Below the pieces are notes generated by a model. That model was not told the DNA's origin, did no database searches, and saw only the letters and a list, made by a program, of their open reading frames with translations. From Octopus sinensis (taxonomy: Eukaryota), in the NCBI RefSeq assembly GCF_006345805.1, contig NC_042997.1, positions 155,682,001-155,746,000 on the forward strand: a stretch of 64,000 nucleotides of DNA, read 5' to 3'. Position numbers and translations under genes: made by a program. Shown here piece after piece: positions 1 through 21,104 of the stretch (its first letter is position 1; each line of letters starts with the position of its first letter).

Positions 1-211
1 GAAATACCTTAACTCAAAACATATGGCTTCTCAATCTTCTAGATACAGTAATTAACTTACCCTCAATTCACAGCTTACCATCTCAAAGAAACAAAATAAA
101 AAGTGAGAGACAGACAGATAGAGAATCAGCAGTAAACAGAGAACAATGTAGTTCTGAGAGAATAAACAAAATGGTCAAGTACGGAACTCCTTTGATGACT
201 CAATCGTTTAA

Positions 212-434
212 TCCTTTTGCATTCAGATTAGCGTCAAATGTAATGCATATTTATTCACATTCTTTTGAATTAACCTTGCAATATCTTGTAACTTCAAGAT
301 TTTGATGAAGTGATCATTTAATTTTTAGAATGACATTTTGAAATGACATTCTGAGAGACCAGATATGACCAGTTTCGAGCATAAAAATAAAGAATATTTG
401 GACCAGATATGGTTTCGGGTGAAATACTGAAGAG
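212..434. mobile_element. piggyBac-like non-autonomous MITE (degenerate)
   Basis: Bounded by TTAA on both sides (208-211, 435-438) with weak TIRs (tccttttgcatt ... aatactgaagag). A second diverged copy of the same internal sequence (tcaaatgtaatgcatatttattcacat ... tttttagaatgacatt ... gaatatttgg..ccagatatggtt) lies at ~25575-25768. Confidence 0.55.
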
Positions 435-1859
435 TTAAACCTAGATTTAAACAAATTCAACTCAATAAAATGAGAACAAATATAGTAAATCTTTGTAATT
501 TCAAAAGCAAAACACTGCAGTTGCCAAACATGTTTACAAATAAATTGGCATCAATTTTCATACACCAAAAAAAAAAGAACCTTAAACACTAATACTGGCA
601 AAATAGTCACAATGTGTATGTATATATATATATATGAGACATCATATTGATGAATACATTGCTTTGCAGAAATCATTCCAAGTCCAACAAAGATCAAATT
701 TGCCTTTCATCCTTTTGAGCACTGGGATAAATTCTTTCCTTTCTTCAACACCTAACAGTGCTTTTGTTTCCCCTCTTCTGTAAAAAAAATCAGCTATAAT
801 GGAGCGGGATAAATTCGGCCAGATCTTAAAAATGCCCAAGACACTTTATGTCACAACATCACTCCTATAACACCATTCAGGAGTTTGAGAGCCCAAGGCA
901 TATCCATATGTGAGCATGTGTGTACATTGTACATGCATTTATTTTTATATGCATGTGTGTGTATTTATATATATATATATATATATACATACACATACAT
1001 ATACATAAATATATATATATGTATATACATACATATATATTAACACACGCACATATATATAAATAAAGGATTACAGCTGACATAATATAATATAATAATT
1101 AGATAAAACAAATATATTTCCTACATCTTGTTTTGATTCATATCCACTAGTGAATGAATACAAAAAATTCACATTTATGTAAATAAAACTATTGGCTTAC
1201 TTTATTTTCTTCTGTAAAACTAGGTAAAATTTTGATAATTTATTTATTTATATATTATTATCATTTTTATGTAAAAAATAGTATAGTTTATAATAATTGT
1301 AACTTTATACATACATTTAACATCAGTGTATTTAGGAGAAACATTTGAATTAATGAATCGTTGATTAAAAGTTTTTTTTTAATGAATTTTGTGTGTAAAT
1401 AAAATATGCACTTATTTATTTTTTTTGATAATTGTATACAGAAATTGAAAATATATTTCCTACTCCACCTTACTTTTTCCAAAGGCTGAAACAGTTGTAA
1501 GTGATTTTAATGATTTCAATAATCTATATTAAGGTTTTTTAAATTGTATTCTTATCTTATATGTATTGAATTTTAATGTATATATGTATGTTATTATGGT
1601 TCTCGTTTTCTTAGATAAATAAGATAAATTTTAATATCCTGAAGCTGATAAACCAACTAAATTGTTTCTCCATTCTCTTATATGTAATATGAATTAATGG
1701 TAAAATACTTTTTTACCTTCACCCATTTAATACAATAAGTTAATTGCATTGAAATTAAAAACACTTGTGTATTAATAATTTGGGTATTATACCAACAGTA
1801 TATTGGATAAGCATTATCCCTTAGTGGGTTGGATCCACAACCCCTAACTTACTTGGTGT

Positions 1860-3197
1860 TATATATATATATATATATACACACATATATATAAACATAT
1901 ATACATGCACACATACACACACATATATATATACAAGTATATACATATAGATATACAGATAAATTACATATATAAATATATATATACTCATACCATACAT
2001 ATATATAAATAAATATATATATACATATACATACAGATATATTATGATAAAAATATATCATATACATTACATATATATATATAAATATATATATACATAT
2101 ACAATACATATATATATATAAATATATATATCATATACATACATATATATATATAAATATATATATACATATACATACCTATATATATAAATATTATCTA
2201 CCTATCACAGACATCTATATATTATATATAAATCTATATATACATATACATACATATATATATATAAAATATAATATACATATACATACATATTATATAT
2301 AAATATATATATACATTATACATAATATATATATAAATATATAATACATATACTACAGAGATATATAAAATAATAATATATACATATAACATACAGATAT
2401 ATAGATAAATATAGATCATACATATACATACATTATTATATATACATATATATATACATATCCAACATATAATATATAAATATATATATACATATACATA
2501 CATATATATATATAAATATATATATACATATACATACATATATATATAAATAGATATATACATATACATACATATATATATATAATATATATATACATAT
2601 ACATACATATATATATATAAATATATATATACATATACATACATATATATATATAAATATATATATACATATACATACAGATATATATATAAATATATAT
2701 ATACATATACATACATATATATATAAATATATATATACATATACATACATATATATATATAAATATATATATACATATACATACATATAATATATATAAA
2801 TATTATATACATATACATACATATATATATATAAATATATATATACATTTACATACATATATATATAAACATATATATACATATAACATACATATATATA
2901 TATAAATATATATATACATAATACATACATATATATATAAATATATATACATATATATATATAAATATATATATACATATATATATACATATACATACAT
3001 ATAGATATATAAATATATATATACATATATATATATAAATATATATATACATATATATATATAATAATATATACATATATATATATATAGATTATATTAT
3101 ATACATTCTATAATATGATATATATATATGATAGACATACATAATATATATATATATATATATATAGATATATATATAGATATATAATATATATATC

Positions 3198-3237
<40 letters not shown>

Positions 3238-3486
3238 CACTATTATATATATTATACATATATACATCTATACATATATATCTATATATAATATATATAT
3301 ATATCATATATACATATATATATATACGATACATAATATATAACATATAATATATAATACATATATATATATATATATATATAGATATATATATATACAT
3401 ATATATATATTATATATATATCTTATATACCTATATATATTACAGATATCTATATATATATATATTATATATATATACATATATAC

Positions 3487-3538
<52 letters not shown>

Positions 3539-3619
3539 GTATCCATATATACATATATATATATACATATATACATATATATATTATTACATATATACAT
3601 ATATATATATATATATAAT

Positions 3620-3650
<31 letters not shown>

Positions 3651-3751
3651 ACATATATACATATATGTATATATATATATACATATAGATACATAGATAA
3701 TTACATAGATATATATATATATATAATTATATATATATATAGTACATATAC

Positions 3752-3784
<33 letters not shown>

Positions 3785-3838
3785 ATTCGATATATATATA
3801 TATATATATATATACATAATATATATATAGATATACAT

Positions 3839-3892
<54 letters not shown>

Positions 3893-3980
3893 ATATATAT
3901 ATATACATATATATATATAATTACATATATATTATATACATAATATAATATAAATCCATATTATATATATATAACATTAC

Positions 3981-4015
<35 letters not shown>

Positions 4016-4022
4016 CATACAG

Positions 4023-4055
<33 letters not shown>

Positions 4056-4361
4056 AGATACTATATACATTATATATATATGATTGAACCCATATATATA
4101 TATATATATATATATACATACATATATATATATACATACATATCTATATATATATATATACATACATATATATATATATACATACATATATATATATAGA
4201 TACATACATATAGATAATATATACATACATATATATATATACATACATTATATATATATATATATACATACATATATATATATACATACATACATACATA
4301 TATATATATATAACATACATATATATATATATACATACATATATATATATATATTACATAC

Positions 4362-4392
<31 letters not shown>

Positions 4393-4620
4393 CATACATA
4401 TAAGATATATACATACATATATATATATATATACATAACATATTATATTATATACATATATATAATATACATATTATATATATACATATAGATATATATA
4501 TACATACATATATATATACATACATATATATATATCATACATAATATATTATACATACATATATATTATATAGAACATATTATATATATATATATACATA
4601 CATATATATAATAAATACAT

Positions 4621-4652
<32 letters not shown>

Positions 4653-5771
4653 CACACATATATATAAACATATATACATGCACACATACACACACATATA
4701 TATATACAAGTATATACATATATATATACAGATAAATACATATATAAATATATATATACATATACATACATAATATAATAATATATATAACATTATACAC
4801 ATATATATATATAAATATATATACATATACATACATATATATATTATAATATATATATACATACATACTATATATATATAAACTATATATATACATACAT
4901 ATATATATATAAAATATAATATACAATACATACATATATATATATAATATATATATACATATACATACATATATATATATAAATATATATATACATATAC
5001 ATAATATATAGATATAAATATATATATACATATACATACATATATATATATAAATATATATATACATATACATACATATATATATATAAATATATATATA
5101 CATATACATACATATATAATATTAAATATATATATACATATACATACATATATAATATAATATATATATACATATACATACATATATATATATAAATATA
5201 TATATACATATACATACATATATATATATAAATATATATATACATATACATACATATATATATATAAATATATATATACATATACATACATATATATATA
5301 TAAATATATATATACATATACATACATATATATATATAAATATATATATACATATACATACATATATATATATAAATATATATATACATATACATACATA
5401 TATATATATAAATATATATACATATACATACATATATATATACATACATACGTATATATATATAAATATATATACATATACATACATATATATATATAAA
5501 TATATATACATATACATACGTATATATATATAAATATATATACATATACATACATATATATAATATATATATATACATATATACATATTAATTATATATA
5601 AATATATATATACATATACATACAGATATATATATAAATATATACTATACATATACATACATATATATATATAAATATATATATACATATATATATATAA
5701 TATATATATACATATATATATACATATACATTACATATATATATAAATATATATATAATATATATATATAA

Positions 5772-5806
<35 letters not shown>

Positions 5807-5818
5807 CATATATATATA

Positions 5819-5872
<54 letters not shown>

Positions 5873-5927
5873 CATATATATATTATATATATATACATAT
5901 AATATATATATATATATAACACATATA

Positions 5928-5979
<52 letters not shown>

Positions 5980-6220
5980 TATAATATATATATACATATA
6001 TACATATTACATATAGATATATATCATATAATATATATATATATATATACCTATTATATATATATATACATAATTATATACAATATATATATATATATAC
6101 ATATATTATATATATATTATATAGATATATATATATATAGATATATATATACATCTATAATATATATATACATATATAGATATACATATATATTATATAT
6201 ATATATATATATATACATAG

Positions 6221-6259
<39 letters not shown>

Positions 6260-6321
6260 ATATATATATATATATATATAATATATACATATATATATAT
6301 ACAATATAACATTATATATAT

Positions 6322-6364
<43 letters not shown>

Positions 6365-6406
6365 TACATATATATATATATATACATATATACATATATA
6401 TATAAT

Positions 6407-6439
<33 letters not shown>

Positions 6440-6528
6440 CATATATATATATATATTATATATATATATATATATAATATACATATATATTATATATACA
6501 TATATTATATATATATATATAATAATAT

Positions 6529-6584
<56 letters not shown>

Positions 6585-7170
6585 CATATATAATATATAT
6601 AAATATCTATATATAATATATATATATATATATACATCCAATATATGATATATATACCTATATATATATATAGACATATATATATATATAAATATATATA
6701 TATATACATACATTATATATATATACATATATATATATATTATATACATACACTATATATATATACATACATATATATACATCATATATATATATAACAT
6801 ACATATTATATATATGATTGATTACATATTATATTATTTATATATAATACTACATATATATATATAATACATATATATATATATATATATACATACATAT
6901 ATATATATATACATACATATATATCTTATATATACATACATATATATATATATACATACATTATATATATATATCATACATATATCTATACTATATTACA
7001 TACATATATATTATATTACATACATACATAAATATATATATATATATACATACATATATATATATATACATACATATAATATATATATATACATACATAT
7101 ATATATATTACATATATATATATATACATACATATATTATATATACATACATATATATATAATATATACA

Positions 7171-7225
<55 letters not shown>

Positions 7226-7295
7226 CATATAGATATATACATACATATATATATATACATACATATAATATACATACATATATATATATACATAC

Positions 7296-7326
<31 letters not shown>

Positions 7327-7572
7327 ATATACATACATATATATATATACATACATATATATATATAATAACATATAAATATATATACACACATATATAT
7401 ATATATACACATATATATATATATACACATAGTATATATAAACATATATATATATATATATAATAATATATCATATACATATATATATACATATACATAT
7501 ATACATATACATATACATATATACATATATATATACATATATATAATATACATATATATATACATATATACA
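1860..7572. repeat. (TA)n/(TACA)n microsatellite block with 36-bp minisatellite arrays
   Basis: Almost pure TA/CA alternation. The unit catatatatatataaatatatatatacatatacata (36 bp) is tandemly repeated at ~2470-2860 and ~4960-5420, visible as [12 protein letters not shown] periodicity in the spurious ORFs. Confidence 0.95.
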
Positions 7573-9660
7573 TTTTAATGAGACGGCGTACGAAATTTTC
7601 AAATCGCCTAACAAAACATTGAAAGCAGTGAAAAGTCCCGCCTAAAAATAAAACTGTTGGAAATCGAAAAATGTCTGCAACTCTCCCATGAAAAGGAAAG
7701 AGCAGACAGAGAAGCCTGGGCTATAGAAAACATAAAATCTAACCCCAGAGCTTTCTACAGGTATGCCAAAGAAACAGCTACAGTGCACTGTAGAATAGGG
7801 CCACTCCTCGAAAAGGATGGCACACTTACAGGAAAACCAATGAGGGTAAGTGAAATACTGAATGAGCAATTCAGAGTGTTTTCACTCCACCCCTTGGCAT
7901 CTCCAAATCACCAATCCAACTGACTTTTTTAACACTGCAGATATAAAATCAGAGGCGGCGACGATAGATTACATCGATATAAAGGAAGAAGATGTAACCA
8001 AGGCTTATAGATGAAATGAAAACAGACTCAGCTACTGGCCCCGATGGATCCCGGCAATCCTCCTAAAAGCATGTAAGAGAGTCCTAGCAAGACCACTGCA
8101 GTTCCTCTTTCAGAGCTTCCTTGCAGCTGGCAAACTTCCAGGAAAACTGAAGGAGGTAAAATATGCCCCATTCATAAAGGAGGTAGCAGAGCGGAAGCCA
8201 AGAACTATAGACCTATCTCTCTGACCTCACAATCAGCAAGGTCATGGAACGAATAGTCAGAAGGAAGCTGATCACCTTCCTTGAAGAGAATGACTTGCTG
8301 CCCGACACCCAACATGGTTTCCGACAGGGAGAAGCTGTTTAACTCAGCTCTACACACACTATGACTGGTGCTGAAACGGCTGCTCAACCACTCAAATGTG
8401 GAAGTGATATATCTCGACTTTGCAAAGGCCTTTGATAAAGTCGATCATGGAATGATATGTCACAAACTGCGGATCTCAACATAGTTGAAAACTGGGAGAA
8501 TGGTCATGACTTTCTGAAGGATAGAAGTCAGGTGGTAGTAGCCAATGGGGCCACCTCCATTAACACACAAATAGTGAGCGGTGTTCCGCAGGGCACTGTT
8601 CTGGGACCACTACTGTTCATAATGGCCCTCTCAGACATGCCCTCAGCCACGCAGAGAGCCACGATCACAAGTTATGCAGATGATACAAAAGTTTCACAGG
8701 CAATACAGAACCCTGAGGACACTAAACACCTGCAATGTGAGCTGGACGAAATATACAAGTGGGCTGAAAAGAATAGCATGCAGTTCAGTTCAATGCTGGA
8801 AAGTTTCAAGCTTTATACTATCAGCATGCAAAACTGAATGCAATACCCATGAATACACTGGACCCGGAGGGATTGCAATCCCAGAGGCACAATCAGTGCG
8901 TGACCTGGGTATTCACATGAGTGATGACGCGACTTTCATGTAATGTTGCTAAACTGACACTGAAATGTAGACGGCTGGCTGGATGGATTCTTAGAACTTT
9001 AGAACAAGAGAACAAGAAACCATGATGGTCCTCTGGAAGACACTTGTCCTAAGCCACTTTGACTATTGCTCTCAGCTATGGTCACCATCCAGTGTCAAGT
9101 TGATCACAGAACTGAGGCGACCCAACGAAGCTACACAAAGAAGATAGCCTCTATGCAGAATGTAAGCTACTGGGAAAGACTCAAGAGATTTAAATTATAT
9201 TCCCTGAGCGTAGGGGGAAGATATGCCATAATATAATCTGGAGATCTGGAGGAAGTGTTGAACTTTGGCATCGAGAGTTACGCAAATGCCAGAACTGGGC
9301 GCCACTGCGTGGTGCCTAGGACTCCAAACCTGCCATCAAGATGTAGGACAAGATTCTGTGATAGCTGGGCTTCCGAGGCCCACAGCTCTTCAATATCCTC
9401 CCGAAGAACTGAGAGACCTGCATGGGGTGGATACAGATGTCTTTAAAATGAAGCTGGATCTTCCTGTCAGGTGTCCCAGATGAACCAACTTCACGGCAGG
9501 AGGGGCAGATGAGGGCAGCTGCATCGAACTCTCTCATGCACCAAATAGCAGTTGCTAGAAAGCCTCCATGAAGTGAAACCAAGTAGCAACACCAAATGGC
9601 GGTGCCCCAGCATGGCCACGCTCATAAGCTGAAACTAAATCAAAATCAATCAATCAATCA
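7573..9660 (+). mobile_element. 5'-truncated CR1-group LINE, copy 1 (reverse transcriptase region and C-terminus, frameshifted)
   Basis: Fragmentary frames give AKNYRPISLTS, YLDFAKAFDKVDH, SGVPQGTVLGPLLF and SYADDTK. The stop is near 9571, followed by a short 3' UTR and a (TCAA)n tail to 9660. No endonuclease domain is present. Confidence 0.9.
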
Positions 9661-13756
<4,096 letters not shown>

Positions 13757-15862
13757 TTTTAATGAGACGGCGTACGAAATTTTCAAATCGCCTAAACAAA
13801 CAGATTGAAAGCAGTGAAAAGTCCCGCCTAAAAATAAAACTGTTGGAAATCGAAAAATGTCTGCAACTCTCCCATGAAAAGGAAAGAGCAGACAGAGAAG
13901 CCTGGGCTATAGAAAACATAAAATCTAACCCCAGAGCTTTCTACAGGTATGCCAAAGAAACAGCTACAGTGCACTGTAGAATAGGGCCACTCCTCGAAAA
14001 GGATGGCACACTTACAGGAAAACAATGAGGGTAAGTGAAATACTGAATGAGCAATTCAAGAGTGTTTTCACTCCACCCCTTGGGCATCTCCAAATCACCA
14101 ATCCAACTGACTTTTTTAACACTGCAGATATAAAATCAGAGGCGGCGACGATAGATTACATCGATATAAGGAAGAAGATGTAACCAAGGCTATAGATGAA
14201 ATGAAAACAGACTCAGCTACTGGCCCCGATGGATTCCCGGCAATCCTCCTAAAAGCATGTAAGAGAGTCCTAGCAAGACCACTGCAGTTCCTCTTTCAGA
14301 GCTTCCTTGCAGCTGGCAAACTTCCAGAAAACTGAAGGAAGGTAAAATATGCCCCATTCATAAAGGAGGTAGCAGAGCGGAAGCCAAGAACTATAGACCT
14401 ATCTCTCTGACCTCACACATCAGCAAGGTCATGGAACGAATAGTCAGAAGGAAGCTGATCACCTTCCTTGAAGAAATGACTTGCTGCCCGACACCCAACA
14501 TGGTTTCCGACCAGGGAGAAGCTGTTTAACTCAGCTCCTACAACACTATGACTGGTGCTGAAACGGCTGCTCAACCACTCAAATGTGGAAGTGATATATC
14601 TCGACTTTGCAAAGGCCTTTGATAAAGTCGATCATGGAATGATATGTCACAAACTGCGTGATCTCAACATAGTTGGAAAACTGGGAGAATGGCTTCATGA
14701 CTTTCTGAAGGATAGAAGTCAGGTGGTAGTAGCCAATGGGGCCACCTCCATTAACACACAAATAGTGAGCGGTGTTCCGCAGGGCACTGTTCTGGGACCA
14801 CTACTGTTCATAATGGCCCTCTCAGACATGCCCTCAGCCACGCAGAGAGCCACGATCACAAGTTATGCAGATACAAAAAGTTTCACAGGCAATACAGAAC
14901 CCTGAGGACACTAAACACCTGCAATGTGAGCTGGACGAAATATACAAGTGGGCTGAAAAGAATAGCATGCAGTTCAATGCTGGAAAGTTTCAAGCTTTAT
15001 ACTATCAGCATGCAAAACTGAATGCAATACCCAATGAATACACTGACCCGGAGGGATTGCAATCCCAGAGGCACAATCAGTGCGCGTGACTGGTATTCAC
15101 ATGAGTGATGACGCGACCTTCATGTACATGTTGCTAAACTGACACTGAAATGTAGACGGCTGGCTGGTGGATTCTTAGAACCTTTAGAACAAGAGAACAA
15201 GAAACCATGATGGTCCTCTGGAAGACACTTGTCCTAAGCCACTTTGACTATTGCTCTCAGCTATGGTCACCATCCAGTGTCAAGTTGATCACAGAACTTG
15301 AGGCGACCCAACGAAGCTACACAAAGAAGATAGCCTCTATGCAGAATGTAAGCTACTGGGAAAGACTCAAGAGATTAAAATTATATTCCCTGGAGCGTAG
15401 GCGGGAAAGATATGCCATAATATACATCTGGAAGATCCTGGAGGGAAGTGTCCTGAACTTTGGCATCGAGAGTTACGCAAATGCCAGAACTGGGCGCCAC
15501 TGCGTGGTGCCTAGGACTCCAAACCTGCCATCAAGATGTAGGACAAGATTCTGTGATAGCCTGGGCTTCCGAGGCCCACAGCTCTTCAATATCCTCCCGA
15601 AGAACCTGAGAGACCTGCATGGGGTGGATACAGATGTCTTTAAAATGAAGCTGGATCTCTTCCTGTCAGGTGTCCCAGATGAACCAACTTCACGGCAGGA
15701 GGGGCAGATGAGGGCAGCTGCATCGAACTCTCTCATGCACCAAATAGCAGTTGCTAGAAAGCCTCCATGAAGTGAAACCAAGTAGCAACACCAAATGGCG
15801 GTGCCCCAGCATGGCCACAGCTCATAAGCTGAAACTAGAATCAATCAATCATCAATCAATCA
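13757..15862 (+). mobile_element. 5'-truncated CR1-group LINE, copy 2
   Basis: ORFs 13762-14028, 14555-14905 and 15207-15770 contain YLDFAKAFDKVDH, SGVPQGTVLGPLLF, LYSLERRRERYAIIYIWKIL and FKMKLDLFLSGVPDEP. It ends in a (TCAA)n tail and has the same 5' start (cattttaatgagacggcgtacg) as copy 1. Confidence 0.92.
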
Positions 15863-15876
15863 TATATACATATACA

Positions 15877-15967
<91 letters not shown>

Positions 15968-15990
15968 CATATACATATACATATATATAC

Positions 15991-16024
<34 letters not shown>

Positions 16025-16119
16025 ATACATATATATATATATATACTATATATATATATATATACATATATATATACATATACTATATATATTATAATAT
16101 ATATATATAATATATATAC

Positions 16120-16170
<51 letters not shown>

Positions 16171-16178
16171 GATACATA

Positions 16179-16212
<34 letters not shown>

Positions 16213-16235
16213 CATATATATATAATATATATATA

Positions 16236-16326
<91 letters not shown>

Positions 16327-16330
16327 CTAG

Positions 16331-16385
<55 letters not shown>

Positions 16386-16438
16386 CCATATATACATCAT
16401 ATATATATATCATTATACATATATATAATATATATATA

Positions 16439-16472
<34 letters not shown>

Positions 16473-16480
16473 CTATATAT

Positions 16481-16528
<48 letters not shown>

Positions 16529-16541
16529 CAGATATATCATA

Positions 16542-16572
<31 letters not shown>

Positions 16573-16647
16573 CATATATATATACATATATATACATATA
16601 TATATATATACATATACATATATATATACATATATATATATAATATC

Positions 16648-16723
<76 letters not shown>

Positions 16724-16776
16724 ACATATATATATATACAATATATATATATATATACATATATACATATAGATTA

Positions 16777-16808
<32 letters not shown>

Positions 16809-16827
16809 CATATATATATAATATACA

Positions 16828-16858
<31 letters not shown>

Positions 16859-16859
16859 C

Positions 16860-16891
<32 letters not shown>

Positions 16892-17020
16892 CATATATAT
16901 ATACATATAATATATACATATATATATATACATATATATATACATTATATATATATACATATATATATAGATATATACTATATATATAATATACATATAT
17001 ATATATATATCATATATATC

Positions 17021-17052
<32 letters not shown>

Positions 17053-17089
17053 CATATATATATATATACATATATATATCTATATATAC

Positions 17090-17172
<83 letters not shown>

Positions 17173-17325
17173 TATATACATATATACAATACATATATAT
17201 ATATATATATATATACATACATATATATATATATATATACATATATACATACATATATATATATATACATATATACATACATATATATATATACATATAT
17301 ACAGACATATATATATATATCATAT

Positions 17326-17406
<81 letters not shown>

Positions 17407-17458
17407 CATACGTATGTAATATATATATAATATACATATATACATACATATATATATC
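15863..17458. repeat. (TA)n-rich microsatellite block
   Basis: Low-complexity TA/TACA sequence ending in a long pure (TA)n run near 17335-17403. Confidence 0.95.
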
Positions 17459-17707
17459 ACAAATGCAACATAATAGCATCATTGGTTACACATTTCCAAT
17501 ATATCGATATTTCACTTCGCTGCATTTCTGTCAGAAAGACTGACAAGGAAACATCTGTAACTTGATACAGAACAAATATTTCAAGGGCCTGTATTTGAAA
17601 AGCTCCAATTTTAACAGTTTTCTCACAAGAGAATGCATCTCTGACAAATACCAAAGATTATGCCTAAGTATTTAGTCTGGCCAGTGTCTGTCCTGACACA
17701 GTAACTA

Positions 17708-17920
17708 TGGGGTTGGTGCATAATTATTGCGGCTCCTTTTCAACAAAAACATCTTTAAATGACGGTCTGACCATCTGCCAGGCAAATAGAAAGCAGTAAT
17801 TTAAGTAGATAGTGAATATGCTATGGAATAATCATTTAGAGGTGTTTTTGTTACATGTTATTTGTTTTTGTTGAATAAAATTTGTTGAAAAAAAGCCGCA
17901 ATAATTATGCACCAACCCAA
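17708..17920. mobile_element. mariner-derived MITE
   Basis: About 40-bp terminal inverted repeats: gggttggtgcataattattgcggctccttttcaacaaa at left and tttgttgaaaaaaagccgcaataattatgcaccaaccc at right. TA precedes the left end. The TIR resembles the Hsmar1/MADE1-type GGTTGGTGC...ATTGCGG. Confidence 0.8.
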
Positions 17921-18512
17921 AAGGATATTTGTAGTGATTTTCAAGGTAAGATATTGTTGGGGGATATATCACTATGTCATGAAGAAATCTGCCTTGTTTT
18001 GGGTTCAGTCCCACAGTGTAGCATACTGGGTATCTTGTGGTATAGCTTCAGGGCAACAATGTCTGGGGCAACAATGAATTACTTTAGTGAATACAAAACT
18101 GTACGAAGTCTGTCATAAGTATATGCATGTGTGCATGTATGCACATGTGTCTGTGAATATTTACATTCTGAGAGCTTCACATGAAGATCACTGAATAACA
18201 AGCAGCAAAGTCTGTTTTCTTCCACTAGCATTGTACTTTCAGAAATGTAGAATAATGTCTTACTTGAAAAACAGTTAAAGAATAGGAAAAGGAAGTGCAT
18301 TCAATGTAATATGTATTTGTCTAACACATGCAACCATGAGAAAACGGATGTAAAAAAAACCAACAGAGATATGTGTATGTGTGTGTGCATATATATTTCA
18401 AAAATAGGTTATAAATGTGTTTATATGTAAGCATATGTGTGTGTATACACATATATATATATATATACATACATGTACATACATAGACATATATATTCAC
18501 ATACTTCTATAT

Positions 18513-18840
18513 CATCATCGTCATCATTTTAACATCCACTTTTGTTGAGATCTCCTACAGCTAGGTACCCTCACCTGCTTCCAAGAAAGATATTTCCCCA
18601 GATATTTTACAGAGGACTGATAATGAAGAACACTGCTTTTACAGTGACAGTGCTCATTTACAAATAGTATACAATGTCAAGATATAAAGACACAAACACA
18701 CACATACTTCTTTCAGTTTCTGTTTACCAAATCCATTCACAAGAACTTGGTTGGCCCACAGTTAGAGTGGAAGAAACCTGCCAACGATGCCATGGCAGTG
18801 GAATCCAATTCCAGTGGTTGAGGAAGTGAACTTAATTACA
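18513..18840 (-). mobile_element. degenerate SINE-like interspersed repeat
   Basis: (CAT)n tail at left plus the core cttctttcagtttctgtttaccaaatccattcacaag, shared with copies at 23327, 30630, 37500, 43700 and 46090. Confidence 0.6.
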
Positions 18841-19256
18841 GTCGTATCTATTTTCATACATTATGCACATATATACACAGAATCACATATATATATGTGG
18901 GTCTACATACACACATTCGTGTGTGTGTGTGCATATATATAAATATATGAGACCTGTGCATATTGTAATGGAGATATTTAAAGAAAGATTTCTTCTATCT
19001 ATAAGGGTACCTTATAATGCCTTATACCATTTCCCTCCTTAATCATCAACAATATTCACAAACTTTCAACCCAAAGATTTAACATTCAATAGAGAAGTAA
19101 TATGCAAAAAAATAAATATATGTCAATATTTTTTTTATAAATAAATTTATGGCTCAAAATAAACTTTATAGCGTTGATGTTCATTATATATATATATATA
19201 TTATATATATATATATATATATATCAGCAGATATTAAAAAATAGAATGTTCAGTTA

Positions 19257-20231
<975 letters not shown>

Positions 20232-20327
20232 CTAATAAACCGTTGTTAACAGTACTAATGGCGACAACGTGTAAGAAATATAGACAAACTAGCATGTATT
20301 ATATCACATCTACATACCGGATATGTT

Positions 20328-20344
20328 CAGAGTTATCTACCTTG
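20328..20344 (-). promoter_or_regulatory. candidate promoter motif CAAGGTAGATAACTCTG upstream of ZNF330
   Basis: 14/17 identical to CAAGGGGCATAACTCTG at 61253-61269 upstream of PPP6C. Function is inferred only from position. Confidence 0.35.
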
Positions 20345-21009
20345 ACGCATGTCGCGTTTAGGTGAAGATATGAAGTTATGTCCTGGTAGAATAAATACCA
20401 TGCATGATTCAGAAGTCATGATTTCTTCCAAGGGCAGAGGTTTTCAGAGTTTCCAAAGTTACTTCCTCCTACATTTTGAATACCCATTTAGTAACTTTTA
20501 CCTATTATATTTTTACAACGGTAAATATGGAAATAGTATATGAAAACAAGTCTATTAATTGCAATCAAATGAAAAACTAATTATTTATTTCATTGGGTTG
20601 CGAAGTTTCCTCTTGGCTTAATGCCATTTTGTATTGCTATGGTATGTTTCGGAGTAGAAATTGGTCGCATAAGAAATTTTTCCTCAACTTTGACCCAATT
20701 ATAATTGAAGTTGTTAATAAAATATCTGGATAATTTTTGGTGTTTAACAATCAATATTCTTTTCTCTGTTGGATTCCAAGTCAATTTTATCCACACATAC
20801 GTTTAATTTGATAATTTTCAAGTTTCAAATAAATGATGTCTAAAATGGGGTAAAATGAGTAATGACTACTTTCAATAATTTCTTCTCTTTAACTGCATGG
20901 TGTTAAATATATCACAAAGAAAACACTCTAGCAGATCATGAAGTTATAGAGAATATTTTATGCTGAGCGTTTTTTTTTTTATTTAGTCGAGTTCCATTAA
21001 TTTCATATC

Positions 21010-21104
21010 ATTTGTACATTACTGCATATACTTTATACGCACTTTCTGACAAGTTGTGGTGCACCTGAGCACTGTATACAATAATTTCATTATTATTATT
21101 ATTA
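21010..21104 (+). mobile_element. 3' UTR/tail fragment of the CR1-like LINE seen at 25156-25497
   Basis: gcactttctgacaagttgtggtgcacctgagcactgtatacaataatttcattattatt is the reverse complement (near-identical) of 25156-25230 and ends in (ATT)n. Confidence 0.7.

Noticed and set aside
642-839. 65-aa minus-strand ORF with an acceptor-like ttttttttacag, resembling a terminal exon (RGETKALLGVEERKEF...)
   Set aside because: I recognise no protein family and found no upstream partner exons. The plus strand contains tttgcctttcatccttttg, the SINE core also seen at 36100 and 40200, so a repeat origin is more likely. BLASTp or RNA-seq would settle it.
17457-17680. Unique-looking stretch with short minus-strand frames (e.g. 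HNLWYLSEMHSLVRK...)
   Set aside because: Frames are short, there is no convincing splice-site pair and I recognise no homology.
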